A stretch of DNA of 47,244 nt, counting the filler, from Catajapyx aquilonaris (Eukaryota): assembly GCA_000934665.2 (NCBI GenBank). It is 2 parts of 2 records of this genome, joined end to end, with 100 filler letters (N's around TTAATTAATTAA, not from the genome) between each part and the next. Parts side by side here need not be neighbours in the genome. Positions count along the whole stretch, not along the records: positions 1 to 23,667 come from JYFJ02005674.1; positions 23,768 to 47,244 come from JYFJ02005675.1. One strand, given 5' to 3'. The notes beneath the pieces were generated by a model. It was not told the origin of the DNA. It was given only the letters and a program-made list of their open reading frames with translations, and did no database searches. Of this stretch, positions 11,470 through 24,318 are shown one piece after another (position 1 is the first letter of the stretch; each line of letters starts with the position of its first letter). The position numbers and the translations under genes were made by a program.

Positions 11470-11599
11470 TGGTTAACCCAAGGGGGTAATCACTTCGGTA
11501 CTCCGGTGGACACCTGCGAGTGGTACTCCCTGGTACTCCTTGAATTTGGTACTCCGGTGTACACTTTTCAGTCGAGTGATTACCCACTTGGGTTAACCA
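11470..11599. mobile_element. Most complete copy of the GGTACTCC-rich palindromic element
   Basis: TGGTTAACCCAAG.GGGTAATCACT is inverted as AGTGATTACCC.CTTGGGTTAACCA, enclosing four GGTACTCC motifs. Confidence 0.75.
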
Positions 11600-13099
11600 C
11601 TCGAGTAATCAGTGGCACTCTTTGTCGTGTAAACACGGGTATTGGCTCTAATGCGTCCTTGCACGGCCAAAGATTACGCACAATCACGAATAATCATGTG
11701 TCCATTTAGCCAGATGTAGAGCAATGTAGGTTTCTGAAGTACCCACCTGAATTCCTTGGAGTGTCTTTAATATCAATTAGTCTTGTCATGGCATTGGAAC
11801 GGTATTATGGCACCATAAATGTTGAGAGACCAGAGGAAAGGATTTGAATGGAACCATTGAATTTTCCATTACAATTTAGCAGGTGCTGAAACTGCTATGA
11901 TAATATTGCTGTCATACATTATACTGCAATAGAAAAGCATATGCGGAATACAAAATGTAGTAAGGATGCTCAAAATGAAGCGAAATAGACAAAAATTACT
12001 GACTCACATAAACTACCTCCAAATGTCCATGGTTTATGGCGATGCAAGAATGGAACTCGGGTAAATATGTGTGCCTAACTTACAAAGGGGGGGGGGGACA
12101 TGAAGTGGACTCTGTCAGATTTGCATGAAAGTTGCACAGTATGTGTATGACAGGCCTACAATTTCACTGGCATGGGCCATTATCTGCTACGGCCAGCCGT
12201 TGTCGATCTAGGAGGGACAATAGATCCGCATGGGTGCGTTCAGGAGAGTAAGGTGAGGGGACGGGAAGCATTAGGAAAGCGGGCTGTTCGGTTTCCAGGG
12301 ACACGTGGCTAGTAAACAACAAGGTAACCAACAGCGCAATTCTCCAGGGAGGGTTCGAATCATCTTCAGGACCAATTTTTTATGTTTGCTTTTTTTCTGT
12401 CTCGCATTACCTTTACCCTGTACGCATAATGCCAATGCACGGTTCCCTTCATTTATGTGACCCATGTTGCACGCATCTTATCGACGTGAAACAATAACCA
12501 CAACTTTCGACGCAAATCAGGAACAAAACAGAGAGGGTAGCTGCTTCGAGAAACTGATGTACGCTTTCGTGCAGACATCTTCCGAAACCATCACCCAGAA
12601 AACAACTCGAAACCTTCTCGAATTCGAGAGAAGCCAACCAAAACCAGCGCAGCGGTTTCGGGAAACCAGCATACACTTTCACCCCCTCACCCTTTGAAAT
12701 TAGGAAAACTCTTTTGCCAATACATCAACACTCTTGCGGAGAAAATTTCAAAAGATGTCGATCACCAGCTAGGCCACGAGCTAGGCGATATTGGGCAGGT
12801 GAACACATGTGTAAAATATACATCCCTGGGCGACTGTATACAACCATCCAGAACCTCAGCTCTAAGTCGAACACTTTTTTCCGATCAGTTGTTCTAATGC
12901 ACTTGTGGCCTTCTATTTTCCTCGAAATCTTTCGGGCAATACATTTTGTATTGCTCCACCAGAAGTCGGAACTGAAGAAATATTTTTGAAACTGGCACAT
13001 TGGAAAGGGCTCTCCATTGTGAAATACAAATCAACGAGTGAAGGCATGACAAGGAGGGGGAAAAATTTATTCGTCGCTATTCTTTGGCTGAAAAAAATT

Positions 13100-13437
13100 C
13101 GTTCTTCCTAGTCCCGCCAGGAGGCAGGAGAGGAAAACAGGGTTAGCGATAATACTACAATTTCAAAGTTCTTGCCGTGAAGTGGCATGGCCGCCCGATG
13201 ACCGCCATTTTGCTTCAAAGATGTCCGACCTTTACGGCCTCTACCCTATTCTACCTCGTTGCTCAGAGGGTGGCGTTGCCACCTGCGCCGAGCCCGTTTG
13301 AGCGCGGTTTTCTAACGACACAATTCCAGCTTTCGCCCTGGCCTTACCGTTCGTCTCTCAGAAAAACTGCTCGGAATAAGGATTTTTTGCCCGATTTTTA
13401 GAGCCCAACTTGTATTTTGAGTGGAGTGTCCCTTTAA
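13100..13437. mobile_element. Right end of a Kolobok-like non-autonomous DNA transposon (left boundary approximate)
   Basis: Ends TTTTGAGTGGAGTGTCCCT+TTAA, which is TTAA-AGGGACACT on the minus strand. No matching left end found. Confidence 0.35.
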
Positions 13438-15558
13438 GCTCAAGGACACCAACCTCAACAAGACAATGACAGCAACAACAATCACCATCATGTCCAACAC
13501 CCTCCTCCTAACACAATAAAACACCAAATAATACCGAAACCTAAATGTTGTGATATCTTGGGGTTCGATGAAACACTAGTAAAGACGTGGAGTTGTCGTT
13601 CTATGCTTTTCGAAAGTATCATATGCAAAACAGGACTACTCCGTCGAAGTTATCGCATTTAGGTTTGGGTAGTGGTGGCATTTAAAATAATAAGACTGTA
13701 GAAGGGACTGACTTAAAACCATGTACAGTACGATCTATCCCCTTTAGATTGTTACCGGTACTGTAAAAATTGCGAGGACAATAAGATAAAACGAACTAAA
13801 ATTGTTTCAGATCATTTAAGACATTGTACTGTGCATTGAAAAGCCTACTGGTCCAAAGCAAGATAACTGGTCTTCAATTATTAATGTGTACACTGTACAA
13901 CATTACCGTAGATCTGAATACCTAATTGGTCGTATATTTTCCCAAGATAATAATATGGAAGAATGTTATTTAGAATTTCGGAGTGAGTCCTCATTAAATT
14001 TTCAGTGCATGTTGAGCGAGGAAAAGGCAGGAAGATGTCAGGAATTTTCTGGAGCGTAATTTACAATCTCCTGAAGATGGCAGTCTGGTTAGAACGTATA
14101 TAAAGGCCCAGCTATATCTCATCGAACTTTGGAGCCTTTCATTGCCGCACAATTGCGGGGAGGAAAAGCCGAGGAAGAGAAAGACATGAAATAAAGGGCG
14201 GTCTGTAATCCAAGACAGGCTTAAAAACGACCAATCTCGTCTCGCCAATCTTTCCCGGTCTTGAAAGAATGTAATACAATATTATAGCCAACCTTGGTAG
14301 GCGATATTTTATCTCTTTTGCGCCCTATAATATATTGTATTTCTCTTCCTAATAAGAAGAATTCCAGACCCGGGACGTAATTAGAATAATTATTCTTCTT
14401 TTAGGGAAGTCAACAGGAAAAGGGTCAGAATGGGCTGGGGTGGGCGGTCTGATCTCGGCAACATTGCGCCCCACCAAAGTTCAAGTTAATTGTGACTGAA
14501 GTGAGAAAGGGTTAGGATAGCCTTAGAGTTGGCAAGGGCGCTTTGCACTGCATCTCTCTTGCTCTGAACCGGGGCAGCTCTCTCTCTCGTCGTGTTTGGC
14601 GCAGTTAGTTCTAAACAAGTGCAGCACGTTCTACATCCTGCAAGTCACGTCCAGGGACAGCGACGTTATCGTGTGTCGCAGTTCCGTTTTTTCCCCCTTC
14701 CCTCTCCCGCTCCCCGGTCCCGTTAAGTCAACGCCATAAATCTATCCGAAACAAGGCGAGGAAAGTAATTAGCCGCTTGAAAAATTCAATGTTGCCTCTA
14801 GCAACTTGTTTATATCAAGAACAAGGAAACGAATTGGTGTCCGACTTGAAAATTGCCGTTCTTGTAATGTAGCATAACCCCCTCTCTCCTCCCCTACTGG
14901 CAATATCTGCTACACATTGATAAAGCGATTGTGTAAATTACTTGTCTGGAAGGGATGCCAGGCAGGCAGGGGAGGAGAGAGTCTCAGCAGTTGCCAAGGG
15001 GGGGGGGGGGTGCGGAAAAGGGGTTATAATAATTAATCGTACTCTTTCAATAAAACTGCCATCGGCTTTTCTTTCTGCCGTCCCCGCACCCAACCTCCAC
15101 ATAGTCCGTATAGTCATTTATTTACCCCGTCGTGTCGCCAGAAGGAGAGGATATAGAGATTGTTTACACTCCTGAATGAAAGGAAATCCTCACTGTAAGC
15201 AGCATTGCACAGCTTCATATCGTCGCCTCATAGTGTGCGTGCAGTTACGAGAAAAAAGATGGGGATGGACCATGGTCCGAAGCTTCATCGAGTTCACTGT
15301 ACCACCGCGGTGCACCGGCGGTGTCTCTGTTCTAACCAGTGAACGTCATAATACAATAGCGTTGCAGCGGTGCTTAGAACAGAGACACTACGAGTGGTCC
15401 AGTGAACTCGATAGCACCCATCTTTTTATTGGCAATTCTACGTATATCTTTAGGCACTATTACACTTCTTTTCCATTGAAAAGTGGAAAAAATGAGCATT
15501 CTCTGCCTCTAATTTAAATGGAACGATACGCGAAAATAAACGCATAAACGAGGCTTAA

Positions 15559-16000
15559 CCCTTAACAACGTCGGTGGAGCCTGAGAGGCTCCAAGCACTA
15601 TTTAAACGCATGTAACTTTTTCATTGAATTTTATTTTCCACTCTCCTTCCGTGACTTTGTCAGAAAAACCTTCCTAAGCATGAAAAGGGAAGAAAATTTT
15701 TTTAGTCCCTATTCTTTGGTTTTAAAAAATTCGTAACGAGGAACAGGTCCCTCTAACCACTCAGGCTATCCCTATGCAGGTGAAGCCAGAGCGGCTCAAA
15801 GTTGTTGATGTAACCTTTTAATTAAAAAATTTTCCCTGTCAGAATATGCTGACTCAGCGTGTGATTTTTACGTTTTCGGAAGCCTAATGATCTGAACTGC
15901 ACTTTCTGTATGTGAAAAGTCCAATATAACAATTTAGTTGATAAGCATAAATTTAAATATACCGTTGGAGCCTCTCAGGCTCCACCTACGTAGTTAAGGG
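15559..16000. mobile_element. piggyBac-type MITE
   Basis: TTAA-CCCTTAACAACGTCGGTGGAGCCTGAGAGGCTCCAA is inverted as TTGGAGCCTCTCAGGCTCCACCTACGTAGTTAAGGG. The right TTAA is degraded to TTGC. Confidence 0.75.
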
Positions 16001-16220
16001 TTGCGGAAAATGCTACTTCCTTCCGCTTAAATAATGGGAAGAACATTTTAAATTATTGAGCTTATTTTATTGAACATTTATAGACAATATTATATTTAAA
16101 CAAATTGAATCGCGTTGGCTTCAGATTTGAGCCCACATCCATGTAGATGAAAATGTTGAATACACCCACACAAGTCCAGTTGGCACCTAGAGGGAGAGCG
16201 GCGAGGGAGAGAGGTACTTT

Positions 16221-16222
<2 letters not shown>

Positions 16223-16291
<69 letters not shown>
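16223..16291. repeat. (AAT)n microsatellite
   Basis: Read directly. Confidence 0.97.
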
Positions 16292-16295
<4 letters not shown>

Positions 16296-19200
16296 CTCGG
16301 TCATTTGTATCACATATGAACTCTTACAAAGCTCTTCATATGTTGCAGTTAGTGTAATAACGAATAACAAAAATTAATAATAATACTATATGTGCTGTGG
16401 GTTTGTTCACGGCGGTATGCCAAGCGATCGATTTGAATTTAGGTTGTTTGGAGCTGGTTTGCGCAATATTTCCCCGCAGGATAAAATGGCACGAAGTTTA
16501 GCAACAGGCTGGGTTACAATTTGGGCAAGTGATGTTATCGCAACAACATGGCATGGACCCTTGGAATGTGAGCATTCTTGGCGGCCAACAAGCCCTGAAT
16601 ATTTTCAAAAGGCGCAGCTATAAGACTGTATAATCCGACTTGTGAAGTCGAAAATGCCTTCGTTCTGCTATCGATCTTCTGGAACAATAATATCAGAGGA
16701 AGCATACACAAGGGTTTACTTTGCGATATTGCCTACCACGACCCACTTTTGATGTCTCCTTTCGCTTATACTGGGAAAGCTTGATTGGGCCCACCTCACA
16801 ACATAGCAACCCATACTCATCCTCTGCACCTCTCCTAAAATAAATATAAAGGATGGAATTTTCGTCGTACTACTACGCTATACTGAACCAAGAGCATGAA
16901 ATGTTCTCACTGCAAAAATGCTGACTCTTTTATTGATACTTGCAAGTTAAAAATTCGTGTCAAACAGGTTCCAAATTAACAAGACTAAATCTTGTTTCTG
17001 TTACATGCAATACATCTGAATGTGATGAAATATACCAGTACATGCCAAAAGACTTTCTTTGGTGCACTCTAAGTTTTGATTCTTCAAGTCATATTATTTG
17101 CACTCGCAAATATGAAGTGATGGGGGATTGTGTGTGTGTCTACGTATGTTAGTAGTCGTATTGCGTGCGACCATGTTGTAGCCTATTCCTACGTAGTCTA
17201 ACTCTGTAGCTTTACCTTATTGATGTACATTAATTGCTGATAGAATAATAAAGTGCAGGTGTGAAAAGGGTCACAAATCAGTCTGATTCCTTCAGATCCT
17301 CCTTAATGCTTAAGGTCAAAAGACCTACATACTGTACCTTCGAGCAGAGTCGTCGCTTCTTGCCATTTGGAAGCTTGAAACTGAAAACACGGACATAAAC
17401 CAGAGAAAAGTCACACCTGTTTCTGTTACCCAAGATTTACACTTGTGTTTTCCTCGGATGATCGATTTTTATTACAGCCTTTACCGGAAGTTACAAAAAT
17501 TTCCGTTGACAATATTATTAGGATGACAACTTTCTTTCATCGTTATTACAGCTGTTGACGGCATCATTGCCGTTGACAAGCTTGTTTGATGAGATTAAAT
17601 GCGTGACAGTACTATATGCGCATTTGTGGCAATAAGGATGATGGGCCCAAAAAACAATTGGCCATTAGTGTCGCACGTGCAGCAGATTGCGCGACATGTA
17701 ATGGTTTTTGGTTTGTTTGTTTGTTATTGTTGGTATTTTTCTCACCTCATCGCTTTGTTTACAGGTACAGACCTCAGACAATGATCGACGATATCCCTCT
17801 AGTCTTGCATTTCCCAATAAGCAGTATTGTCCTGAACATTTCGATTGTTCGGAAACAATATCGAATACAGATCGAATGACTTCCATTTTTGTCTGTCCCT
17901 TTGTTTTATGACGAGTAATCTTTACTGAGAAAGCATAGTTCGTCAGTAAGTAAGAGAATGAGAAAGTTGCATTTTTGTAAACGGTATAGTTGTTGCAAAA
18001 GCTAAGGATTATGAATGTCGCTCCCCCCTTCCCCCATCGCAATTATTCATCAGTAGTGTACAAAATGCAGCGGTTTATACTGCTAGGGTACATGTAGATC
18101 CAATTATGTACATTTTGTCCGGTTATAAACTGTAGTTGTAGTTCCGCTTTATTGGGACATTTTGGAACATTTTGAGGTCCAACAAAGTTCACACAGTAGC
18201 CGATGGATATTACAGTGTATTTGTTCTAAACCTACTGTAGAAGATATTTATACGGTTGCCATATTCGAAAAATCTTGGTCTTCTTTGCGCACAAGGTGAT
18301 CTGAGGTAGTTGACGCCCTTGTTCCTTTGGTTACTTTTGTTACACTGTGTCAAGTGCCTTGGTCTCATTATGTTTCAGAAATATAAATAACAGCCGAAAC
18401 TATTCCTTGGCTTAGACAATATTGCCTGTTCTGATTCTGTGCGTGTTGTACGAGTCAAATGGTTGAACCACTTTTGGGGCGGATTCAAAATTACAGAATG
18501 CTTACAATTTTCCCCTGTACTTGGCTCGCTCCAAAACTGTTACCGGTACATTTTCTTAGAAACATGAAAAGTACTGGTAGGCAATCGACAACTCGAATGT
18601 ATGTGAAAAATAACATTCCCAAATTTGTTTCTCGCAAATAGGACAAGTATAGTATAGACTACGCCTTGCAAGAGGCAGTCTCGGCGGAGTTTATTCGCAC
18701 CTGATACAATAAGAGACTCCGCAGCACTAATATGATGTAAATTCAATTGTCACGAATCAATGCTTAGCGACAGTTGTACTGCAGCATGTAGGCCTACCTG
18801 GACGACAGAACGTGATTTTCTGTAATTGGTGCAATAACTTCTTGTCCAGCGAGCGGGAACTTGATTACCTCCGTTTGTTCTGCACATTGCAGTCCGCAGG
18901 AATTTGTTCTGTAAATACATTGTAAAAGTAGCAAAGCAGAAAGGCGGCTGTATCGCACTTGATTACCACCCACCTCTTCCCTCTCTCCCAACAACTGCTT
19001 CTTTTCTCCTCTGGACAACGAACCAAGTTTCTTCATAGGGACAGAATATCGAACAGAAATTATTGGCATCAGTCGCTGACAGATCGACAAATAGACGCCA
19101 GTCCATGTTAATCAAAGGCGGAGTAGGGAAGGGGAGTAAATCATATTGTGGCACAACTACCCGCCAGGTCGAAGAGTCCGTTGCATGCACAAGATTGGAC

Positions 19201-19623
19201 GAGAGTTGTTTTTTTTGCTCTTTTATATATATAAAATCATCTTTCACTTCCCAACTGTTCGAATGTACTGCCAATGAGAGTGCTTCCTTTGTCTTTTTCT
19301 TCACAAGTACGACACCCGCAAACCCGACACACACCTCGCACTCCTGATCAGTCTTGCCCATTACTTTCTAACAGACACGTCTTACTCCACAGTACACAAA
19401 AAACGTCTTTGTCAACTGAACTCGACGGGGCTCAATTTATCAGAGCCATTTTTTTTGTATTTTTTCAGTTTTTAGTTTTTTTAGATCATGAATATCGAGT
19501 ACAAAGAAGCGCAGACATGCACACTCGCACGTAAAACACACGTAAACCAGTACCAACCAGTTTTTTTTTCTTTTGACGGTAAGAACATGATTAATGGGTT
19601 TGTGGTCAGGGACTTATTTTATA

Positions 19624-19627
<4 letters not shown>

Positions 19628-19656
<29 letters not shown>
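19628..19656. repeat. (CT)n microsatellite
   Basis: Read directly. Confidence 0.95.
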
Positions 19657-19659
<3 letters not shown>

Positions 19660-19892
19660 ATACATACACACCCATTCACTCTCTCCTCTTGAAGTTATGA
19701 TTTGGTTACTGATCATTTATAAATGGAAGGTCGAAGGAATGAGCACAGAATATGCAGGGTCGCCATGAGTGTTGCGACTCCTGCTCCGCTCATATATGCT
19801 GCCCGGAAGTTGAAGGGACAAGTCATGGGGGTTGAGGAGAGTTCTGCATCTGCAGAGGAAGTGGAGAGGGTTGGGAGTAGATCTCACTGGCA

Positions 19893-20087
19893 CTATACAC
19901 AGCTCTCCTGTTGATTGCTGATGAGCGGAGTCCTCACAGTCACGATCTCGCGCGTTTGTTCGGTCGGCGGAACCCGTCGATTGTGATCGATCTGGGCGTA
20001 GATGATTGGGTCGTCCCGTCGGATAGGAATCGAGGATGGCTGGGAAGCTCGCCCCAGCGATAACTCGGCGTATGTCACTTCCTCTAC
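19893..20087 (-). CDS. Terminal coding exon: cytoplasmic tail of a probable Ig-superfamily receptor (sidestep/nephrin-like)
   Basis: Acceptor TTTTTCAG at phase 0. Encodes VEEVTYAELSL...DDPIIYAQIDH...REIVTVRTPLISNQQESCV*, with two YxxL/I motifs and a class-I PDZ-binding end. The family guess is from recalled resemblance only. Confidence 0.75.
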   Translation of the reverse strand, partial: VEEVTYAELSLGRASQPSSIPIRRDDPIIYAQIDHNRRVPPTEQTREIVTVRTPLISNQQESCV

Positions 20088-20474
20088 CTGAAAAATTACC
20101 AGGAATCATGTTGCTACTCACTGCGTCGCTCACTACTCATTGTCCATTATGAGTGTACTGGCTAATATTTGCATACTACCATATGCTGTGTAGGGAATGC
20201 AGCCTGTTGGAAATATTTTAGTGTGCAAATAGAGCATTGTCGTTGATTCTAAAATAAATTTTGTACACTTTCTCTGAGCTTTACGGCGACGTAAAATTCA
20301 CGTATAGTTATTGGCGTTCATAAGACCCTCACTGTATCTCTCTAGTCAAGTGCGTTTCCCCCGATATTGGTAAGCCAATAACTTTTTCAGCCAAATAGCG
20401 ACTTGACATTTGCGACCCACATTGATGGAAACACTGTATACCTATTTCTGGAAGAGTGCGGAGGAAATACTCAC

Positions 20475-20626
20475 ATCATTAGCCGGGAATCTCCGATTTT
20501 TATAGTTCTCATGGATATCGCCATTCCTTGTGACGTTGTTGGCTTTATGGAAGTCTTCGTACCTTCTCTCGCCCTGATTATTCAGGAAGGGCTTCTGGGA
20601 TTCTGAGACAAGTTGGTAATCTGCAT
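20475..20626 (-). CDS. Penultimate coding exon of the same gene
   Basis: Acceptor CTCCCTCTTTCAG (phase 1), open frame (D)ADYQLVSESQKPF...RRFPAND, donor GTGAGT at phase 0. Splices in frame to the 20087 exon across a 387-nt intron. Confidence 0.7.
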
Positions 20627-21585
20627 CTGAAAGAGGGAGACGAAAGAAAGTTTCTTGTAGCCTCGTCGCACTGGGAGTAACTTGATCAACATGGAGCACC
20701 TACATTTTCACCCAGTAATATTGTGTCGGATAGGCTACAAGAAGGCAATCGACCGACATGAGAAAGAAATAGGTCGTCCAGTGGACACGACTCAAAGTTT
20801 AAAAGTTACGAACCCTTTTCCTTTAATAAAAGCTGGTCTGTCAGTCATTTGTGCGAGGCAGAAGTTATGTTTTCATCGAAGCGAGACGCTGAATTGGATA
20901 GCAGGGAAGGCAATTTGCTCTTTGAGCCACACTTTTTTTTTGCCTTTCATTCCTGTGCAGAAAAGATCTCCTTACCTTCCACTCCCCCTCTCCCACCTCC
21001 CTCAACCTGGCGCACAAGTGAATAAATTCCAGTTCCGTAACCTTCTCGTTGTAATCTAGTAGGAATGAGAGTGAAACCAGCAAGAGTAGGCAAACAAGTT
21101 GGTCCTTTGATGTCTTATGACCAGGGAAATAGTACGGGATCAAGATGGTATCCGGAAGCTGCTGTAGTTGGGATTATTTTCTTGCGGAGGAAGGAAATTT
21201 TGACGGAGAATTGCAAATCCTGCACTACAGAGACTCGTTTAGTCGAGTGGCGAGAATGGAAACAATACACGCTATTAAATGTAGCCTACATCTTAAAAAG
21301 AAATCTTCAGATGACACCTTTATAGAAGGTTTTCGGGCTAAATAAAGGGCTGAGAAACAAAAATTGTTAAGTCATGTTTATTGCAAAAAAGAGATACTGG
21401 CTGTTATAGGCATCATTCATACACACCTATCAATGGGTGAAAAGAGGCAAAATACTGTCGGCTTCAAATAGCGATAAGTCATTAAAACAGGGCCTCGCCA
21501 TTCACGGGACCGCTACCATTTTTGAGAATCAGACATTGATAAAGTCACTAGAGAACACCCCCTATTTCTCTGGACTGCCCTTAGA

Positions 21586-21587
<2 letters not shown>

Positions 21588-21647
<60 letters not shown>
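21588..21647. repeat. (AT)n microsatellite
   Basis: Read directly. Confidence 0.97.
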
Positions 21648-21649
<2 letters not shown>

Positions 21650-21843
21650 TGAATTGAGCACTTGTAGTGTGTGCAATAAAAACTCCCATATGTGCTCTTT
21701 CGTTCTATGTCTGTCTTGTCATTGCACACCGCAACTACTGTAATAGAAGTTAAGCAACTTTCAAAAGTTGACAATCATTTAGGGACACCATGTATATGGT
21801 CTAAGGGACTGCCATAGCGATCGTCATTTGTTTGTAATCCAAA

Positions 21844-22567
21844 ATGGAGGAGGAACAAGAAACTGGTGCAATGGTGGGAGATTTATCGGATTTTTCTTGT
21901 AGTAGTGGCTCAGAATACGTCCCTTCTGGGGACGGGACTTCATCCACGAATGAGAAGGAATCTTCTGACCACGATGGCAATAATATCGTGAGTCTGAGTG
22001 AAACAGCCGGGGTCAGTGTTGCATCACATAATGTAGAAAGCGGCCCATCTACATTATGCACAACCAAGGCCGTACGCAGGATTTTTGTTTGGGGGGGGGG
22101 GGGGGGGTCGTTACCNGCCGCAGGCGAAATTTTTTTTCTGTTAATGTACAAGTACAGTTGAATTTTTTTTGTCTGCGAGACATATTGACATTTTTTCGTA
22201 GGCTACTTTTATTTATAACTTTATTTTTTGCCGATGCGCGGATAATCCGCACCCGGATAATCGGGAGTGCAGTGTAGATCTAGGATTTCGGGGGGGGGTT
22301 TGAACCCCCCAACCCCCCCTGCGTACGGCCCTGTGCACAACCGACAGCAGATCTTCAGGTAGTTCAAAATCATTCTTGCGAAGAGGCGTGAGATACGAGG
22401 TTCTGAACAACGCTATGGTAACTGCCAATCACATTCCAAAGAAACTCTCCATTGTGATGACAAGACTAGTGATGGACCAGGGGATTTGGAGGATGTGTAA
22501 AGACAGACTAGTCAGCGAGCATAAAGTCATCAGTCCTCATTACTGGGAGCATTTTTTGCAGACATAA
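21844..22567 (+). pseudogene. Acidic/Ser-rich ORF interrupted by a MITE, possibly a transposase N-terminal relic
   Basis: Removing the MITE and one TSD copy (277 nt) joins ORFs 21844 and 22376 into 447 nt: 148 codons plus stop. Confidence 0.4.
22065..22333. mobile_element. hAT-type MITE with perfect 8-bp TSD
   Basis: TIR CAAGGCCGTACGCAGG / CCTGCGTACGGCCCTG. TSD TGCACAAC at 22057-22064 and 22334-22341. Contains a pogo/Tigger-like end fragment CGGATAATCGGGAGTGCAGTGTA. Confidence 0.9.
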
Positions 22568-23667
22568 GTTATACTGAGCTGTAATATTTGGATTAGCCTA
22601 TAAGGTATTATGAATCCTATTATATAGCTGTGGCCTACGTAACTACTCTTGTTTCAAATGACTCAGGTGTAGGTTAAGTGTGTAAGACTTTGTTTCCTGT
22701 ATGAAGTATTCCTGGAGTAGGCTATATTATTATTTTAGCATTATAGCCTATAAGATTAAACTATTCTTGTTGTGATTCAATCGAGATAGCTAAATATGGA
22801 ACATACAAGCATTTTTGTAACATCTGTTTGGCCGAACATAGGTAATGACAATAAAGTTCCTCTTCAAAAAAGAATAACTCAATGCATTTTGCTTTCACGG
22901 GCGCCAAAATCATTACATCAAATATTTCAAGAGTTGAGGCGCTTAGAACAAAAGTGGCCCAAGTCCAAAAAGCTCACCTGAAAGTTTGGAAGGTCATAGA
23001 AAAAGTGAAACCATATTGTCAGATTGGCCATCATTACAGTGCCGTCTCAAACTGGAATCTTCCATAACTGGATTTTTTTTTCCGGTCGCATGGAGATTCG
23101 ACTTGTAGAAGTTTTACTGTAAGTCAATGAATTGTAAAATATTCTCGTGGCCAAATTTCTTTGGTGATTGGGCTGATATTATTTCCTATTCACATATGAG
23201 GTTCAAAATAATGTATTCAGGAAAAATATTTCACGAGTATTGAAATCGTCCTTCCTATTTCAACCCTTACTGAATGATTTAAAAAGGCTCTCCTGTAAAG
23301 TTACGCTAATATGACTTAGCAAATTCTGTTTCTCAGACCTTCTATTTAAAAAGCGCGTGGGCAACAGGGAACCAACGGTTCTATTTTCGGAAGTACGCTC
23401 CCTCCGATTTTACAAGGTGAGGTGGTGAAACGGTTTTAATAGCTGTGCAAAAACCAATAGCCCAAATTAATCGCGCTTTGAAGGAGTAAGAGAGGAATAC
23501 TTTTGCCATCGCTGACCGTATAGAGATGTATTTCCCATTTTTCAAAAACTCCTCCCTTTGTAGATCTCTCAATGGGGAACTAGCCTTCATTTTGGAAACT
23601 ACATAATAAATTCGCCCATATTTTTTAGATTTTTTTGGCATATTCCGTTTTAAGATATCAGTTCCCG

Positions 23668-23767
23668 NNNNNNNNNNNNNNNNNNNNNNNNNNNNNNNNN
23701 NNNNNNNNNNNTTAATTAATTAANNNNNNNNNNNNNNNNNNNNNNNNNNNNNNNNNNNNNNNNNNNN
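23668..23767. other. Artificial contig linker / assembly gap
   Basis: 44 N + TTAATTAATTAA (stops in all six frames) + 44 N, exactly 100 nt. Confidence 0.97.
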
Positions 23768-24098
23768 TATATCAGCAGACCCCCCCTCCCCCCAAAACGG
23801 TCACGTGGTATTTGGACGACCCCACACAAAATAGGCTACATATCCGTTTCATAACACAAGGACCTAAAAAATCGTAGTTTTATAGAACCCAAAATTGCCC
23901 ATTTCAGGCATTGGGACCTAGATGGCCCATTAGCACCTATTTCCATCTTTTTGACACCGTTCTGTAAGATTTTTGAGCGTTTTGCTGGTTTTACGATCAA
24001 GGCATCCTTTCTGCTTCAACCTGTGAAGGGCCAAGAAGCTGTAGGCATGCCGGATGAACTGGTTGTAGAGGGACTAACCAACAAAATATGGAACTATT

Positions 24099-24318
24099 AC
24101 TATAGATCGGTCAACATAAGAACGCAACCGAGTGTGCATTGCCATGGCACACAGGATGCAATACTGGAATGAGAAGTGATCTTTATGGCCATGCCAGTGT
24201 CAGAAATAAGTGTAACCTACAACAGATCATATCTTGATACGCACAGATCACTTCTCATTCCAGGATTGCATCCTGTGCGGCACACTCGGTTGTGTTCTTA
24301 TGTTGATCAATCTATAGT
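24099..24318. mobile_element. Hairpin MITE (~75-85-bp arms)
   Basis: ACTATAGAT.G.TCAACATAAGAAC.CAACCGAGTGTGC...CACAGGATGCAAT.CTGGAATGAGAAGTGATCT is inverted at ~24245-24318. Confidence 0.75.

Noticed and set aside
16062..16377. Poly-Ile ORFs (also 21437-21774 and 46708-47073)
   Set aside because: These are translations of microsatellites.
16390..16623. Possible plus-strand exon after TTCCCCGCAG
   Set aside because: The peptide is unrecognisable and no partner exons were found.
17460..19892. Long 3' UTR of the receptor gene with AATAAA sites
   Set aside because: Plausible from composition, but several candidate signals exist and the end cannot be fixed from sequence alone.
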